Shown one piece after another: positions 1 to 7,985 of a stretch of DNA of 64,000 nt. The stretch comes from an uncultured Gammaproteobacteria bacterium. GTDB lineage: Bacteria > Patescibacteriota > Patescibacteriia > UBA9934 > CAZDDW01. The notes under the pieces were generated by a model. The model searched no databases. It worked only from the letters and a program-made list of their open reading frames with translations, and had not been told where the DNA came from. The stretch lies in contig OZ246408.1 in assembly GCA_965231015.1 (NCBI GenBank), positions 396,488 through 460,487 of the forward strand, read 5' to 3'. The first letter of the stretch is position 1. The number at the start of each line of letters is the position of its first letter. Both the position numbers and the translations under genes were made by a program.

Positions 1-162
1 TAATCCCTCCCTAGGGTTGGTGTTTTGTGCCTTATTTGGTCCACGTGGGTAAAATAACGCACAGTTATAACGAACTAAGGATAATAGCACAAAATCAGCC
101 TTTTGTCAAGAGGATTTAGGGCTGAATTTAACTTATTTTAGCTTTTTTTACTACTGTTCTGC

Positions 163-191
163 TTGACAAAAACACTGATTCATGATAGAGT
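163..191 (+). promoter_or_regulatory. sigma70-type promoter (TTGACA -17 nt- TAGAGT) driving the structured RNA below
   Basis: TTGACA at 163-168, 17-nt spacer, TAGAGT at 186-191; read directly. Confidence 0.5.
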
Positions 192-197
192 GTATTC

Positions 198-425
198 TCG
201 GTCTTGAATTCCGCCTGGATGCGGCCCGCCCGATAGGGTTGTCAAACCCGCTCCCGCCCCCTACTCGGGCGGGTCGTACTCCAGGCATCAATGTTCCTTC
301 CACCAAAACCAACATCGCTTCGGCGAGGACAAAGTCATAAAAGAGTGTTTTGGTGGCAATACGAACGTTGAGCGTCTCTGACGGGACTAAGTACAACCGC
401 AAGGTGTGGAACAGTCCCGTCTTTA
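198..425 (+). ncRNA. candidate structured non-coding RNA (~225 nt), family unknown
   Basis: GC-rich block in AT-rich flanks. 9-bp GC helix (CCCGCCCGA/TCGGGCGGG). Perfect 10-bp helix CCACCAAAAC/GTTTTGGTGG enclosing a C(UUCG)G tetraloop hairpin. GCAA tetraloop. Terminal hairpin GACGGGACU/AGUCCCGUC followed by UUU. The only ORF here (151-435, minus strand) is low-complexity and implausible. Confidence 0.55.
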
Positions 426-533
426 TAATTTTCAATTTTCAGTTTACAAATGAATGATCAATGACCAAATTTCCAGACTTGAACCTTGAAAATTGTAAAT
501 TCGTAAATTGAAAATTTCTGCTATAATGTAACC

Positions 534-1820
534 ATGTCAACTAAACATATCATCCAAAATTATCAAGAGCTGGCGACCACCAAACAGCGTCGTGATGCTT
601 TAGCGATTCTCGAAACCGGGTACAAAGCTGTTGATACTGGTGAAGCGGTACGTCGTTCAGTCAAGCTTAAGGGTTCTGTTCTAACCATCCAAAATCGACG
701 TTATGATTTAGATAAATATAAACGGGTGGTTTTGGTTGGAATTGGAAAGGCCGCCTATGAAGCCTCATACGCGCTGCAGAAAATCATGAAATCTCGTCTA
801 AAGGAAGGGATCGTGCTTGATGTAAAGTGTGACGGAAAGCTTAAAAATATCACTTGCTTTGACGGAACTCATCCCATGCCGAGCGAGAAAAATAGTCGAG
901 CTACTGCCAAGATTATGGATCTTGTTAACTCGCTCGATTCTCATGACCTTCTTTTAACAATTGTCTCTGGCGGAGGTTCAGCACTCCTTTGTCAGCCTTA
1001 TAAAATGCGCCGTGGTGAGCTCGTGATGATTACCAGGGCACTGATGAACGCCGGGGCAACCATAGAAGAGCTTAATACGGTACGCAAACATTTGTCCGTG
1101 ATTCAGGGCGGTCAGTTGGCACGCATGGCTCATCCGGCTACGGTAGCTAGTCTCGTTTTTTCCGATGTGCCCGGCAATGGGCTTACCATTGTTGCTTCAG
1201 GACCCACAGCCATGGACGATACTACTATTACTGACGCGGCCAAGGTTCTGACAAAGTACAAAATTATGAAGGCCTGTCCAATTCCGGGGTGTGATTTGAT
1301 CGAAACTCCAAAAGATCCGGTCTTTTTTAAAAAAGTCAGGAATTTTTTAGTGGTCACTAATCGAGTAGCAGTTAAGGCTATGCAAGAAGAAGCCCAAAAA
1401 CGTGGCTACAAGGCTCGGGTATACTCGGTTCGGCTCGTGGGCGAGGCTCGTGAGGTAGGGAAAGATTTGGCTAAAGCGGTCCGGGCGGGCGAAGCTTTGA
1501 TTGCGGCCGGAGAAACTACCGTGACCGTAAAAGGTGATGGCAAGGGCGGTCGAAACCAGGAACTTGCTCTTGGAGCGCTGGTCAATTTGCCGGATAACGT
1601 GCTGGTTAGTTCAGTGGCAAGTGATGGAATTGATTATACTCCGATTGCCGGGGGAATTGCTGATAAAAAAACTCTGGAAATTGTGGAAAAAAAGAAGTTG
1701 GATCCGCACGAAGCATTAAAAACCAACAATGCTTATCCTTTTTGGAAGAAAACCGGCAGTGCAATAAAAACCGGGGACACCGGAATCAATGTTTCAGACC
1801 TTATGCTTGCTCTTAAATAA
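534..1820 (+). CDS. glycerate kinase (MOFRL/GckA-TtuD family)
   Basis: 428 aa; family-typical N-terminal and C-terminal MOFRL-like regions by recall. -10-like TATAAT at 523-528 immediately before the ATG. Confidence 0.65.
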   Translation: MSTKHIIQNYQELATTKQRRDALAILETGYKAVDTGEAVRRSVKLKGSVLTIQNRRYDLDKYKRVVLVGIGKAAYEASYALQKIMKSRLKEGIVLDVKCDGKLKNITCFDGTHPMPSEKNSRATAKIMDLVNSLDSHDLLLTIVSGGGSALLCQPYKMRRGELVMITRALMNAGATIEELNTVRKHLSVIQGGQLARMAHPATVASLVFSDVPGNGLTIVASGPTAMDDTTITDAAKVLTKYKIMKACPIPGCDLIETPKDPVFFKKVRNFLVVTNRVAVKAMQEEAQKRGYKARVYSVRLVGEAREVGKDLAKAVRAGEALIAAGETTVTVKGDGKGGRNQELALGALVNLPDNVLVSSVASDGIDYTPIAGGIADKKTLEIVEKKKLDPHEALKTNNAYPFWKKTGSAIKTGDTGINVSDLMLALK

Positions 1821-1939
1821 CCCCATAAACACTGTGTATACTTGGCTTTCCACTTAAGGCTAAATAGGCTAGACTAAAAATAAGGGGTTTTTGCTTGTGG
1901 ATAAGCATAAGCCGGTCTAAGTCAATAATTTAGATAAAT

Positions 1940-2137
1940 ATGGCCGATGATGACCAGAAACAGGGCACAATCGGTTATTGCGTTAAGTGCAAGGCTAAGC
2001 AGGAAATGACCGATGAGGAGCAGGTCGAAATGCCTGCCAAAGGTGGTAAAACCCGCCCGGCACTTAAAGGCAAGTGCTCTCAATGTGGAACTGGCATGTT
2101 TAAAATTTTGCCAAGTTCTGCTAAAAAAGATGACTAA
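1940..2137 (+). CDS. small zinc-ribbon protein (DUF5679-like, CxxC...CxxC)
   Basis: 65 aa with CVKC...CSQC pairs. Confidence 0.5.
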   Translation: MADDDQKQGTIGYCVKCKAKQEMTDEEQVEMPAKGGKTRPALKGKCSQCGTGMFKILPSSAKKDD

Positions 2138-2235
2138 GTCATGCAAAATGGCTCGGAAAACTCCGGGTCTTTTGCGTTGACAAATATACAAAAATACGCT
2201 AAAATATAGGGGTTATATTTAATAATCTATTCATT

Positions 2236-2787
2236 ATGGGATTTTTAGGCGGATTATTCGGTCGCGAAGGTGGGTCAGATCCACGCGAGGCTGAAGCACG
2301 AAAAATGCAAGCAGAAAAAATCGTAGGCAACATCATGGAAAATATCGAAGTGCCGGGCGACAAACAGAAGGCCATTAAACAAAAATTGGAGGTAGCGGTT
2401 AATTCACAGCTTAGCATGGGGATGAACGAAGAAGCTGCAGCAGAACAAGCAACGCGAATTTTGGAAAAAGAACTCGGTGATGTAACAGCCGGAACAGAAC
2501 AGGCTGAGGGATCGCGTTTGCAGGAAAGTTCTCGAGAGGCCTTGCAGGAGCTGATTGCTGACTCTAAGAATGAAGGTGCCATGCAAAAGTTTATTCTCAA
2601 CCTTGCCCGAGAAGAGGGAATGGAATTGGGAGAGATAGAAGAAATGAAAGGTTTGGCCGCAGGATTCATAGAAAACTATTCACAGTATTTGCCACAGGAT
2701 CCAAATGATGAGGCCCAGTTAGATCGATTTATTGATGCGGTCAAGAAACAAATTCAGGTACGCCGTGGTCAAAAGAAGGCTGCATAA
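2236..2787 (+). CDS. hypothetical acidic protein
   Basis: 183-aa ORF, followed by a strong intrinsic terminator. Confidence 0.5.
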   Translation: MGFLGGLFGREGGSDPREAEARKMQAEKIVGNIMENIEVPGDKQKAIKQKLEVAVNSQLSMGMNEEAAAEQATRILEKELGDVTAGTEQAEGSRLQESSREALQELIADSKNEGAMQKFILNLAREEGMELGEIEEMKGLAAGFIENYSQYLPQDPNDEAQLDRFIDAVKKQIQVRRGQKKAA

Positions 2788-2803
2788 GAAAGAAAAAATA
2801 AAC

Positions 2804-2837
2804 ACACCCCAGAGCCGAGTTGGCCTGGGGTGTTTTA
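2804..2837. terminator. bidirectional intrinsic terminator
   Basis: CACCCCAG...CTGGGGTG hairpin with T-runs on both strands. Confidence 0.6.
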
Positions 2838-3230
2838 GTTGTAGGTGTTTGCCGCGCGGAAGATCCGCGAGAGCAGTTCCCGAACTCGCCGGCGTGCGTT
2901 GTCGTTGAAGTCCAAGATCAGAGTGACCCTGATCTCGAACTCGACCATGCCGCGCAGGCCTAGGTAGTCGGCAAACAAGGTCTTGGTTGCCGTACCCATG
3001 GGGCGGTTCAAGCTCGCCCGTGTCAACGCGGGAACGGTTGGCCAGTCCATGAACGAGATGCCGATCATCACAGCGACCATCTCGGCCTGGGTAAAGGCGC
3101 GTTCATCGGCCACGCGATCGATTAGTTTCACCAAGGGTTCCTGCCCCTGGTGTTCGAGAAAGTGGTACCACGCCTCGATGAACTCCTCCGGAGCCACCTT
3201 GTAGAGCTCCTTCATCGGCATGATAGCCAT
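2835..3230 (-). CDS. hypothetical protein in a GC-rich island
   Basis: ORF 2835-3296. Likely start at MAIMPMKEL, preceded by GGGAGAAAGG. Visibly GC-richer than its flanks. Confidence 0.45.
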   Translation of the reverse strand: MAIMPMKELYKVAPEEFIEAWYHFLEHQGQEPLVKLIDRVADERAFTQAEMVAVMIGISFMDWPTVPALTRASLNRPMGTATKTLFADYLGLRGMVEFEIRVTLILDFNDNARRRVRELLSRIFRAANTYN

Positions 3231-3429
3231 CCTTTCTCCCGCAGGAACAGTTCCTAGTGTCATTGTGTTTAGCCCTCCTCGGGCAGATTCGCCCATTTAT
3301 CGGGACCAGGCACCTTAACAGTATTTTACCTCCTTGTCAACCTTTAGGCCAAAATTAGCTAAAAAAAGGCCTATTTTTAGTCACAAAAAAATCTCGACAA
3401 AATAATGATTTTTAGCTATACTAAGCTTA

Positions 3430-5004
3430 ATGAATATGGATAAGAAATTAGAGCATTTAGAGAAAGTATTACGCAACGCTCATGCTGATGCCTCGGCTCC
3501 GGAAGGCGAGGTTATTTCGGTTTCAGATACGGTATCTAAGGCCGCTTCGGTTTACGAAGCTATTCGAAACACTTTGGAGTATGACGAAGAGCATCGTTTA
3601 CGCAGAAACGCTATCCGACGAATTTTAAAGCGACGGCTAGGGGCTCAGGAAGACCTGGATTTAATTGCCCAGGAGCTTTTGCATGAATTGATTTGGGCTC
3701 GTTATTTCCCGAATAAAGCTATTCCCGAATCCATGATCGGGGAAGTGTCTGATGTACTAAGAAAGTATCGGCCACTATTCGGGTCACTCGCCAAAATGCA
3801 GGACGTTAATAAGGTTCACGAGTGGTTGCTCGACATGGTAGCCAGTGAAATCGGGTATTTGTTAGTACCACCAGTCGAGGAAGATGCCATGGCAAACTTT
3901 GCTTACCACACCCTGAAAGAGCGAATTAAATGGGACTCCAAGGCTCTGGAAGAAAAGGATCGGGACATGCAGCTGTATCTGGCGGTTCACCGGGCGCTGT
4001 TGCGTTCAAATCCCGCAGTTTTGCGCTACCGGATTTTTATTTTGTTTTATCCAAACTGGCATAATACCTCACCTGAGTTGATTAAAGAGATAGCCGGGAA
4101 TTTGGATCGGGTTTATAATTCGATCGAACAGACAGTCAAACACCCGGCTTCAGAATCTTTGTATCGATTGGTGCGTCGTTACACCTTCATGTTTAATGTT
4201 TTACGGGACGTGATTGTTAAAAAACCAAAGGAAGCGTCCCGGTTGTTGTCTGATCCTGAAGCACTAGACAAGGCCATGGCAAATGCGGCTAAAGATCGGT
4301 ACAAGAGCTTCCATATCAAGTTACGCCGTTCAGTGGTTCGGGCAGTGGTATTTTTGTTTATTACCAAAATGTTTTTGGCTCTCATTATTGAGCTTCCTTA
4401 CGATCTGTTTATTCTTCAGACCTCCAATTTCGTACCCCTCGCCACAAACGTCTTGTTTTTTCCGTTATTACTTGGTTTTCTCGGTATGACCGTAACCCTT
4501 CCCAAAAAGAAAAATACTGCTTTACTAAAAAAATATTTGCGGACAATTGTATTCCAAGAAGGGGAGATTTCTATTGTTTACCGCACCAAAAAAGCCTGGC
4601 GTCGCTCAACGATAGGTAAAATTTTTGATTATTTGTATTTGGCCATGTTCCTAGTGTCCTACGGAGTGATCGCTTATTTTTTACACATGATCCATTTCAA
4701 CGCCTTGTCCATTGCTATTTTCCTGTTCTTCCTGTCGTTGGTTTTATTTTTTGGTGTCAGATTGCGTATGTCGCGACGGGATTTGTTAGTGGTGGAGCGG
4801 GCCGGAGGAATCATTTCGAGTTTATTCGACTTCTTTTTCTTGCCAATTATTCGCGCCGGACGTTGGATGGCTTTGCGAGCACCGCGAATTAATGTTTTCC
4901 TCTTCTTTTTAGACTACATTGTTGAAGCACCGTTTAAGATGGCTATTCAGCTCGTTGAGGGCTGGCTTGCATTTATGCGGGAGAAAAAGGAGGAAATAGA
5001 GTAG
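3430..5004 (+). CDS. hypothetical membrane protein (soluble N-terminal domain, multi-TM C-terminal half)
   Basis: 524-aa ORF; hydrophobic segments in the C-terminal 250 aa. Confidence 0.5.
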   Translation: MNMDKKLEHLEKVLRNAHADASAPEGEVISVSDTVSKAASVYEAIRNTLEYDEEHRLRRNAIRRILKRRLGAQEDLDLIAQELLHELIWARYFPNKAIPESMIGEVSDVLRKYRPLFGSLAKMQDVNKVHEWLLDMVASEIGYLLVPPVEEDAMANFAYHTLKERIKWDSKALEEKDRDMQLYLAVHRALLRSNPAVLRYRIFILFYPNWHNTSPELIKEIAGNLDRVYNSIEQTVKHPASESLYRLVRRYTFMFNVLRDVIVKKPKEASRLLSDPEALDKAMANAAKDRYKSFHIKLRRSVVRAVVFLFITKMFLALIIELPYDLFILQTSNFVPLATNVLFFPLLLGFLGMTVTLPKKKNTALLKKYLRTIVFQEGEISIVYRTKKAWRRSTIGKIFDYLYLAMFLVSYGVIAYFLHMIHFNALSIAIFLFFLSLVLFFGVRLRMSRRDLLVVERAGGIISSLFDFFFLPIIRAGRWMALRAPRINVFLFFLDYIVEAPFKMAIQLVEGWLAFMREKKEEIE

Positions 5005-5175
5005 GGGGCACGGCTGACCTGGTTTGATCACCGTTCGGCCTGGTTGTCTTTAAGAGTAAAATATTTCTGGCCTCACTCGGCGTCGGCCAAACAAGACCGA
5101 ATTGATTGAGAGAAGTTCGATTTGTCAGTTTGTCCTCCGATCGTGCTCAAACCAGGTCAGCCTCGCCTGATAGAG
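5003..5175 (+). ncRNA. conserved structured leader element, copy A (candidate cis-regulatory RNA)
   Basis: Perfect 16-bp closing helix (5012-5027 GGCTGACCTGGTTTGA with 5147-5162 TCAAACCAGGTCAGCC). Internal blocks shared with copy B at 11174-11352 (see findings). Confidence 0.5.
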
Positions 5176-5181
5176 GAGAAT

Positions 5182-6186
5182 ATGGAAAAGAAAAAAAGAA
5201 AAATTACCCTGTTTCGTATTGTGCTTTTTGGCACGGTCTTAGCGGCCGCTCTTTTAGTGGTGGCCTATTTAGTAGTTGAACAAGAGTTAAAAAAAATAGA
5301 GCCACAAAAACTGGGAGTGACTTACAGTCTGGTCTTTGCTGATCAGCTCGAGATTGATTCACAGGCTGCTTTTCTAGCTCTGATGGATGAGGTTCAAGTG
5401 AAACGTTTTAGAATTCCGGTTTACTGGTCCATGGTTGAAGTGGACGAGGGTGTTTATGACTGGTCGCGGTTTGACCGGTTGCTCAATGAAGCGAATCAAC
5501 GGGAAGGAGTGGAAGTAACTTTAGTGATTGGGCGCAAAGTTCCGCGCTGGCCTGAGTGTTTTATTCCCGGCTGGGTGTCGCTTTTAAGCAACGAAAAACA
5601 GGACCAAGCCCTTCTCAGATACATGGAAGAAGCGGTTTTGCATTTTCAAGGTCACGGCTCAATTACTCGCTGGCAGGTGGAAAATGAACCTTTTTTGGCT
5701 TTTGGCGAGTGCCCGCATCCGAGCCTTAATTTGTTCAGGGAAGAGTTAGATCTGGTACGATCTTTAGATGATCGACCAATTCAGGTCACTACGAGCGGTG
5801 AACAAGAACCATGGATTGATACTGCCATGAACGCTGATATTGTTGGGGTCTCGTTGTACCGTTTGGTGTGGAGTGATTTCTTTGGTTTTGCTTTTTATCC
5901 GTTTTCTCCCGTGTATTATGAGATCAAAGCAGTGGTGACCAGCGCTTTTGCCGATCAGGTGATTATATCCGAACTGCAGGCCGAACCTTGGTTTACAGAA
6001 CCGATTGAAGAAATATCGATTGATGATCAGTATAAAATTTTCGACGTTCAGGCACTTGAGGGTAATTTGGACTTTGCCCGACGAACTCGCCTTTCGGAAG
6101 TGTATCTTTGGGGGGCTGAGTGGTGGTACTATATGAAAGAGAACGGAGATAATCGTCATTGGGAGGCAGTAAAAGAGATTTTTTAG
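5182..6186 (+). CDS. glycoside hydrolase, clan GH-A TIM-barrel (GH5/GH42-like), N-terminal membrane anchor
   Basis: WQVENEP catalytic-acid motif; SD AGAGGAG before the ATG at 5182. The ORF track starts at 5122. Confidence 0.55.
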   Translation: MEKKKRKITLFRIVLFGTVLAAALLVVAYLVVEQELKKIEPQKLGVTYSLVFADQLEIDSQAAFLALMDEVQVKRFRIPVYWSMVEVDEGVYDWSRFDRLLNEANQREGVEVTLVIGRKVPRWPECFIPGWVSLLSNEKQDQALLRYMEEAVLHFQGHGSITRWQVENEPFLAFGECPHPSLNLFREELDLVRSLDDRPIQVTTSGEQEPWIDTAMNADIVGVSLYRLVWSDFFGFAFYPFSPVYYEIKAVVTSAFADQVIISELQAEPWFTEPIEEISIDDQYKIFDVQALEGNLDFARRTRLSEVYLWGAEWWYYMKENGDNRHWEAVKEIF

Positions 6187-6201
6187 TGGTATAATAAGCT
6201 C

Positions 6202-6606
6202 ATGTACGATCGAATAGTAAAAATGTTAACCACCTTTTTTGCCACCAGACCTATTTGGGGTCTTTTTCCTTTACGAATCGTGTTTGCGCTAGTGCTCATT
6301 TTCGAGACTGATGGACTTTTTTTTCCGCTCGCTATTTTTGTAGCCGTGTTTCTTATTATGGGTTTTCTGGGTCGGGCTATGGGTGGAATTTTACTTTTGG
6401 CTTCGCTGCCAATGTTTTTTACAGGCGCAATCGGGGCGGCTGATGCTTTGTTTTTTGTGACCAGTTTAACCTTGCTCATGAGTGGTCCGGGCCGGTTCTC
6501 GCTTGACCGTTACATTGCACGCAAAATCTTGGAACAGTTTCCAAATCACAAAAAAGAACTTTACGTCATAGCTGAAACCCCTTTCACAGATCGTTGGTAT
6601 GAATGA
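6202..6606 (+). CDS. DoxX family membrane protein
   Basis: 134 aa, 4 TM helices, GPGRFSLD motif. Confidence 0.6.
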   Translation: MYDRIVKMLTTFFATRPIWGLFPLRIVFALVLIFETDGLFFPLAIFVAVFLIMGFLGRAMGGILLLASLPMFFTGAIGAADALFFVTSLTLLMSGPGRFSLDRYIARKILEQFPNHKKELYVIAETPFTDRWYE

Positions 6607-7144
6607 GTTTGTTTTGGTAGCAATTGAATTGTTGATCTTGTTGGTTGTTTTGGCCGGGTTAGTTTTTGTTTTCTTTATGACCGGGTTGGCTTTTTTTGGT
6701 GTGCCCTGGGTGAGAACACCCAACAAGCTCGGCCGGAAGATGTTTGAATTGGCAGATCTAAAGCCAGGGGAAAAAGTAGCGGATTTTGGCTGCGGTGATG
6801 GTTCGCTTTTAATCACAGCGGCCAAGGAGTTCGGGGCAGAAGGGATCGGTTATGATTTCAATCCGGTTTTGGTAACCATTGGTCGCTTGCGAGCTCGCTT
6901 AGCCGGAGTGGGAGACAAGGTTGATCTCCGGGTGGCTAATTTTTACACTGTGGATTTACCTGAGGTTGACCTGGTGGCCAGTTATTTGCTAGAGCCGGTG
7001 CAAGATCGTTTGGCCAAGCGTTTTGTTGAGAAATACCCCTCGGGAATGCAGGTGGTTAGCAGGGCTTTCAAATACAAAAATTTTTACTTAATTAAGCAAG
7101 AAAAACAGGGCAGGGAAAACATCTTGTTGTACCGAATCCCCTAA
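6599..7144 (+). CDS. class I SAM-dependent methyltransferase with N-terminal TM helix
   Basis: DFGCGDGSL motif I. Confidence 0.7.
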   Translation: MNEFVLVAIELLILLVVLAGLVFVFFMTGLAFFGVPWVRTPNKLGRKMFELADLKPGEKVADFGCGDGSLLITAAKEFGAEGIGYDFNPVLVTIGRLRARLAGVGDKVDLRVANFYTVDLPEVDLVASYLLEPVQDRLAKRFVEKYPSGMQVVSRAFKYKNFYLIKQEKQGRENILLYRIP

Positions 7145-7227
7145 CTTGCTCCGCCGCTTGTTAAGTGTTAAAATAATGACCGGATCGACTAGTCATTTTT
7201 TTATTTATAGATCATGTCAGCCTGAAT

Positions 7228-7809
7228 ATGAGCAAAGAAGTCGTTTTTGATATTGAAACCCAGAATACCTTTGATGACGTAGGTGGTTATAAACCAAACT
7301 TATTAAAAATTTCTTTGATTGGGGTGTATTTTTATGAGACGGATGAGTACACGGCCTTTTTAGAAGATGAACTGCACAAACTCTGGCCGCGCTTGGAGCA
7401 CGCTGACCGAATAATCGGTTACAATAGTAAGCACTTTGATGTCCCGGTCATGAACCAGTATTATCCCGGGGATTTAAGTAAGTTGCCGCACCTCGACATT
7501 ATGGAAAAAGTGGAGCAATCTTTAGGTCATCGGCTCAAGCTGGACGTGATTGCGGCCTCAACTCTTGGGTACGGAAAGACCGGGACCGGTCTTCAAGCGG
7601 TTGAGTATTGGAAGCAGGGTAAGATAGAGGAGCTAAAGGATTACTGTTTGCAGGACGTTAAGGTGACCAAGGAGATTTATGAGTATGGGATAAAACATGG
7701 CGCACTTGCTTATGAAGATTACAACGGTGAGAGAAAGGGAATTAAGATAGATTTTGCTTTGACAGAGGAAGACGGGGGTGAAGATATTAATCTAACAATG
7801 CCGTTTTAA
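7228..7809 (+). CDS. DEDD-type 3'-5' exonuclease (RNase H-like fold)
   Basis: FDIET...YNSKHFD motifs. Confidence 0.55.
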   Translation: MSKEVVFDIETQNTFDDVGGYKPNLLKISLIGVYFYETDEYTAFLEDELHKLWPRLEHADRIIGYNSKHFDVPVMNQYYPGDLSKLPHLDIMEKVEQSLGHRLKLDVIAASTLGYGKTGTGLQAVEYWKQGKIEELKDYCLQDVKVTKEIYEYGIKHGALAYEDYNGERKGIKIDFALTEEDGGEDINLTMPF

Positions 7810-7864
7810 TAAATTTAGTCTTAAAATAGTCAAGTTTAAGGGTCGGAATTGTTATCCACATCAA

Positions 7865-7913
7865 ACACAATATGTTGTGGTATAATAGGTGTGTGAGACA
7901 CAAGATCTAGTGG
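7865..7913 (+). promoter_or_regulatory. two NrdR-box-like palindromes overlapping an extended -10 (TGGTATAAT) upstream of nrdJ
   Basis: aCACAATATGTTGTGg at 7865-7880 and aCACAAGATCTAGTGg at 7898-7913. Both resemble the 16-bp NrdR consensus acaCwAtATaTwGtgt. Centres are about 33 bp apart. Confidence 0.45.
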
Positions 7914-7985
7914 GTGAGGCCCACTTTTTGTTCTGTCAGATAATCACAAATAATCAAAGTTGAATCCATATTAATCGCCAAGTCT

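Noticed and set aside
151-435. 94-aa minus-strand ORF overlapping the GC-rich block
   Set aside because: Low-complexity, Arg/Gly/Pro-rich translation typical of GC-rich non-coding DNA read in frame. The region has a plus-strand promoter, tetraloop hairpins and a terminator, so it is called a structured RNA instead.
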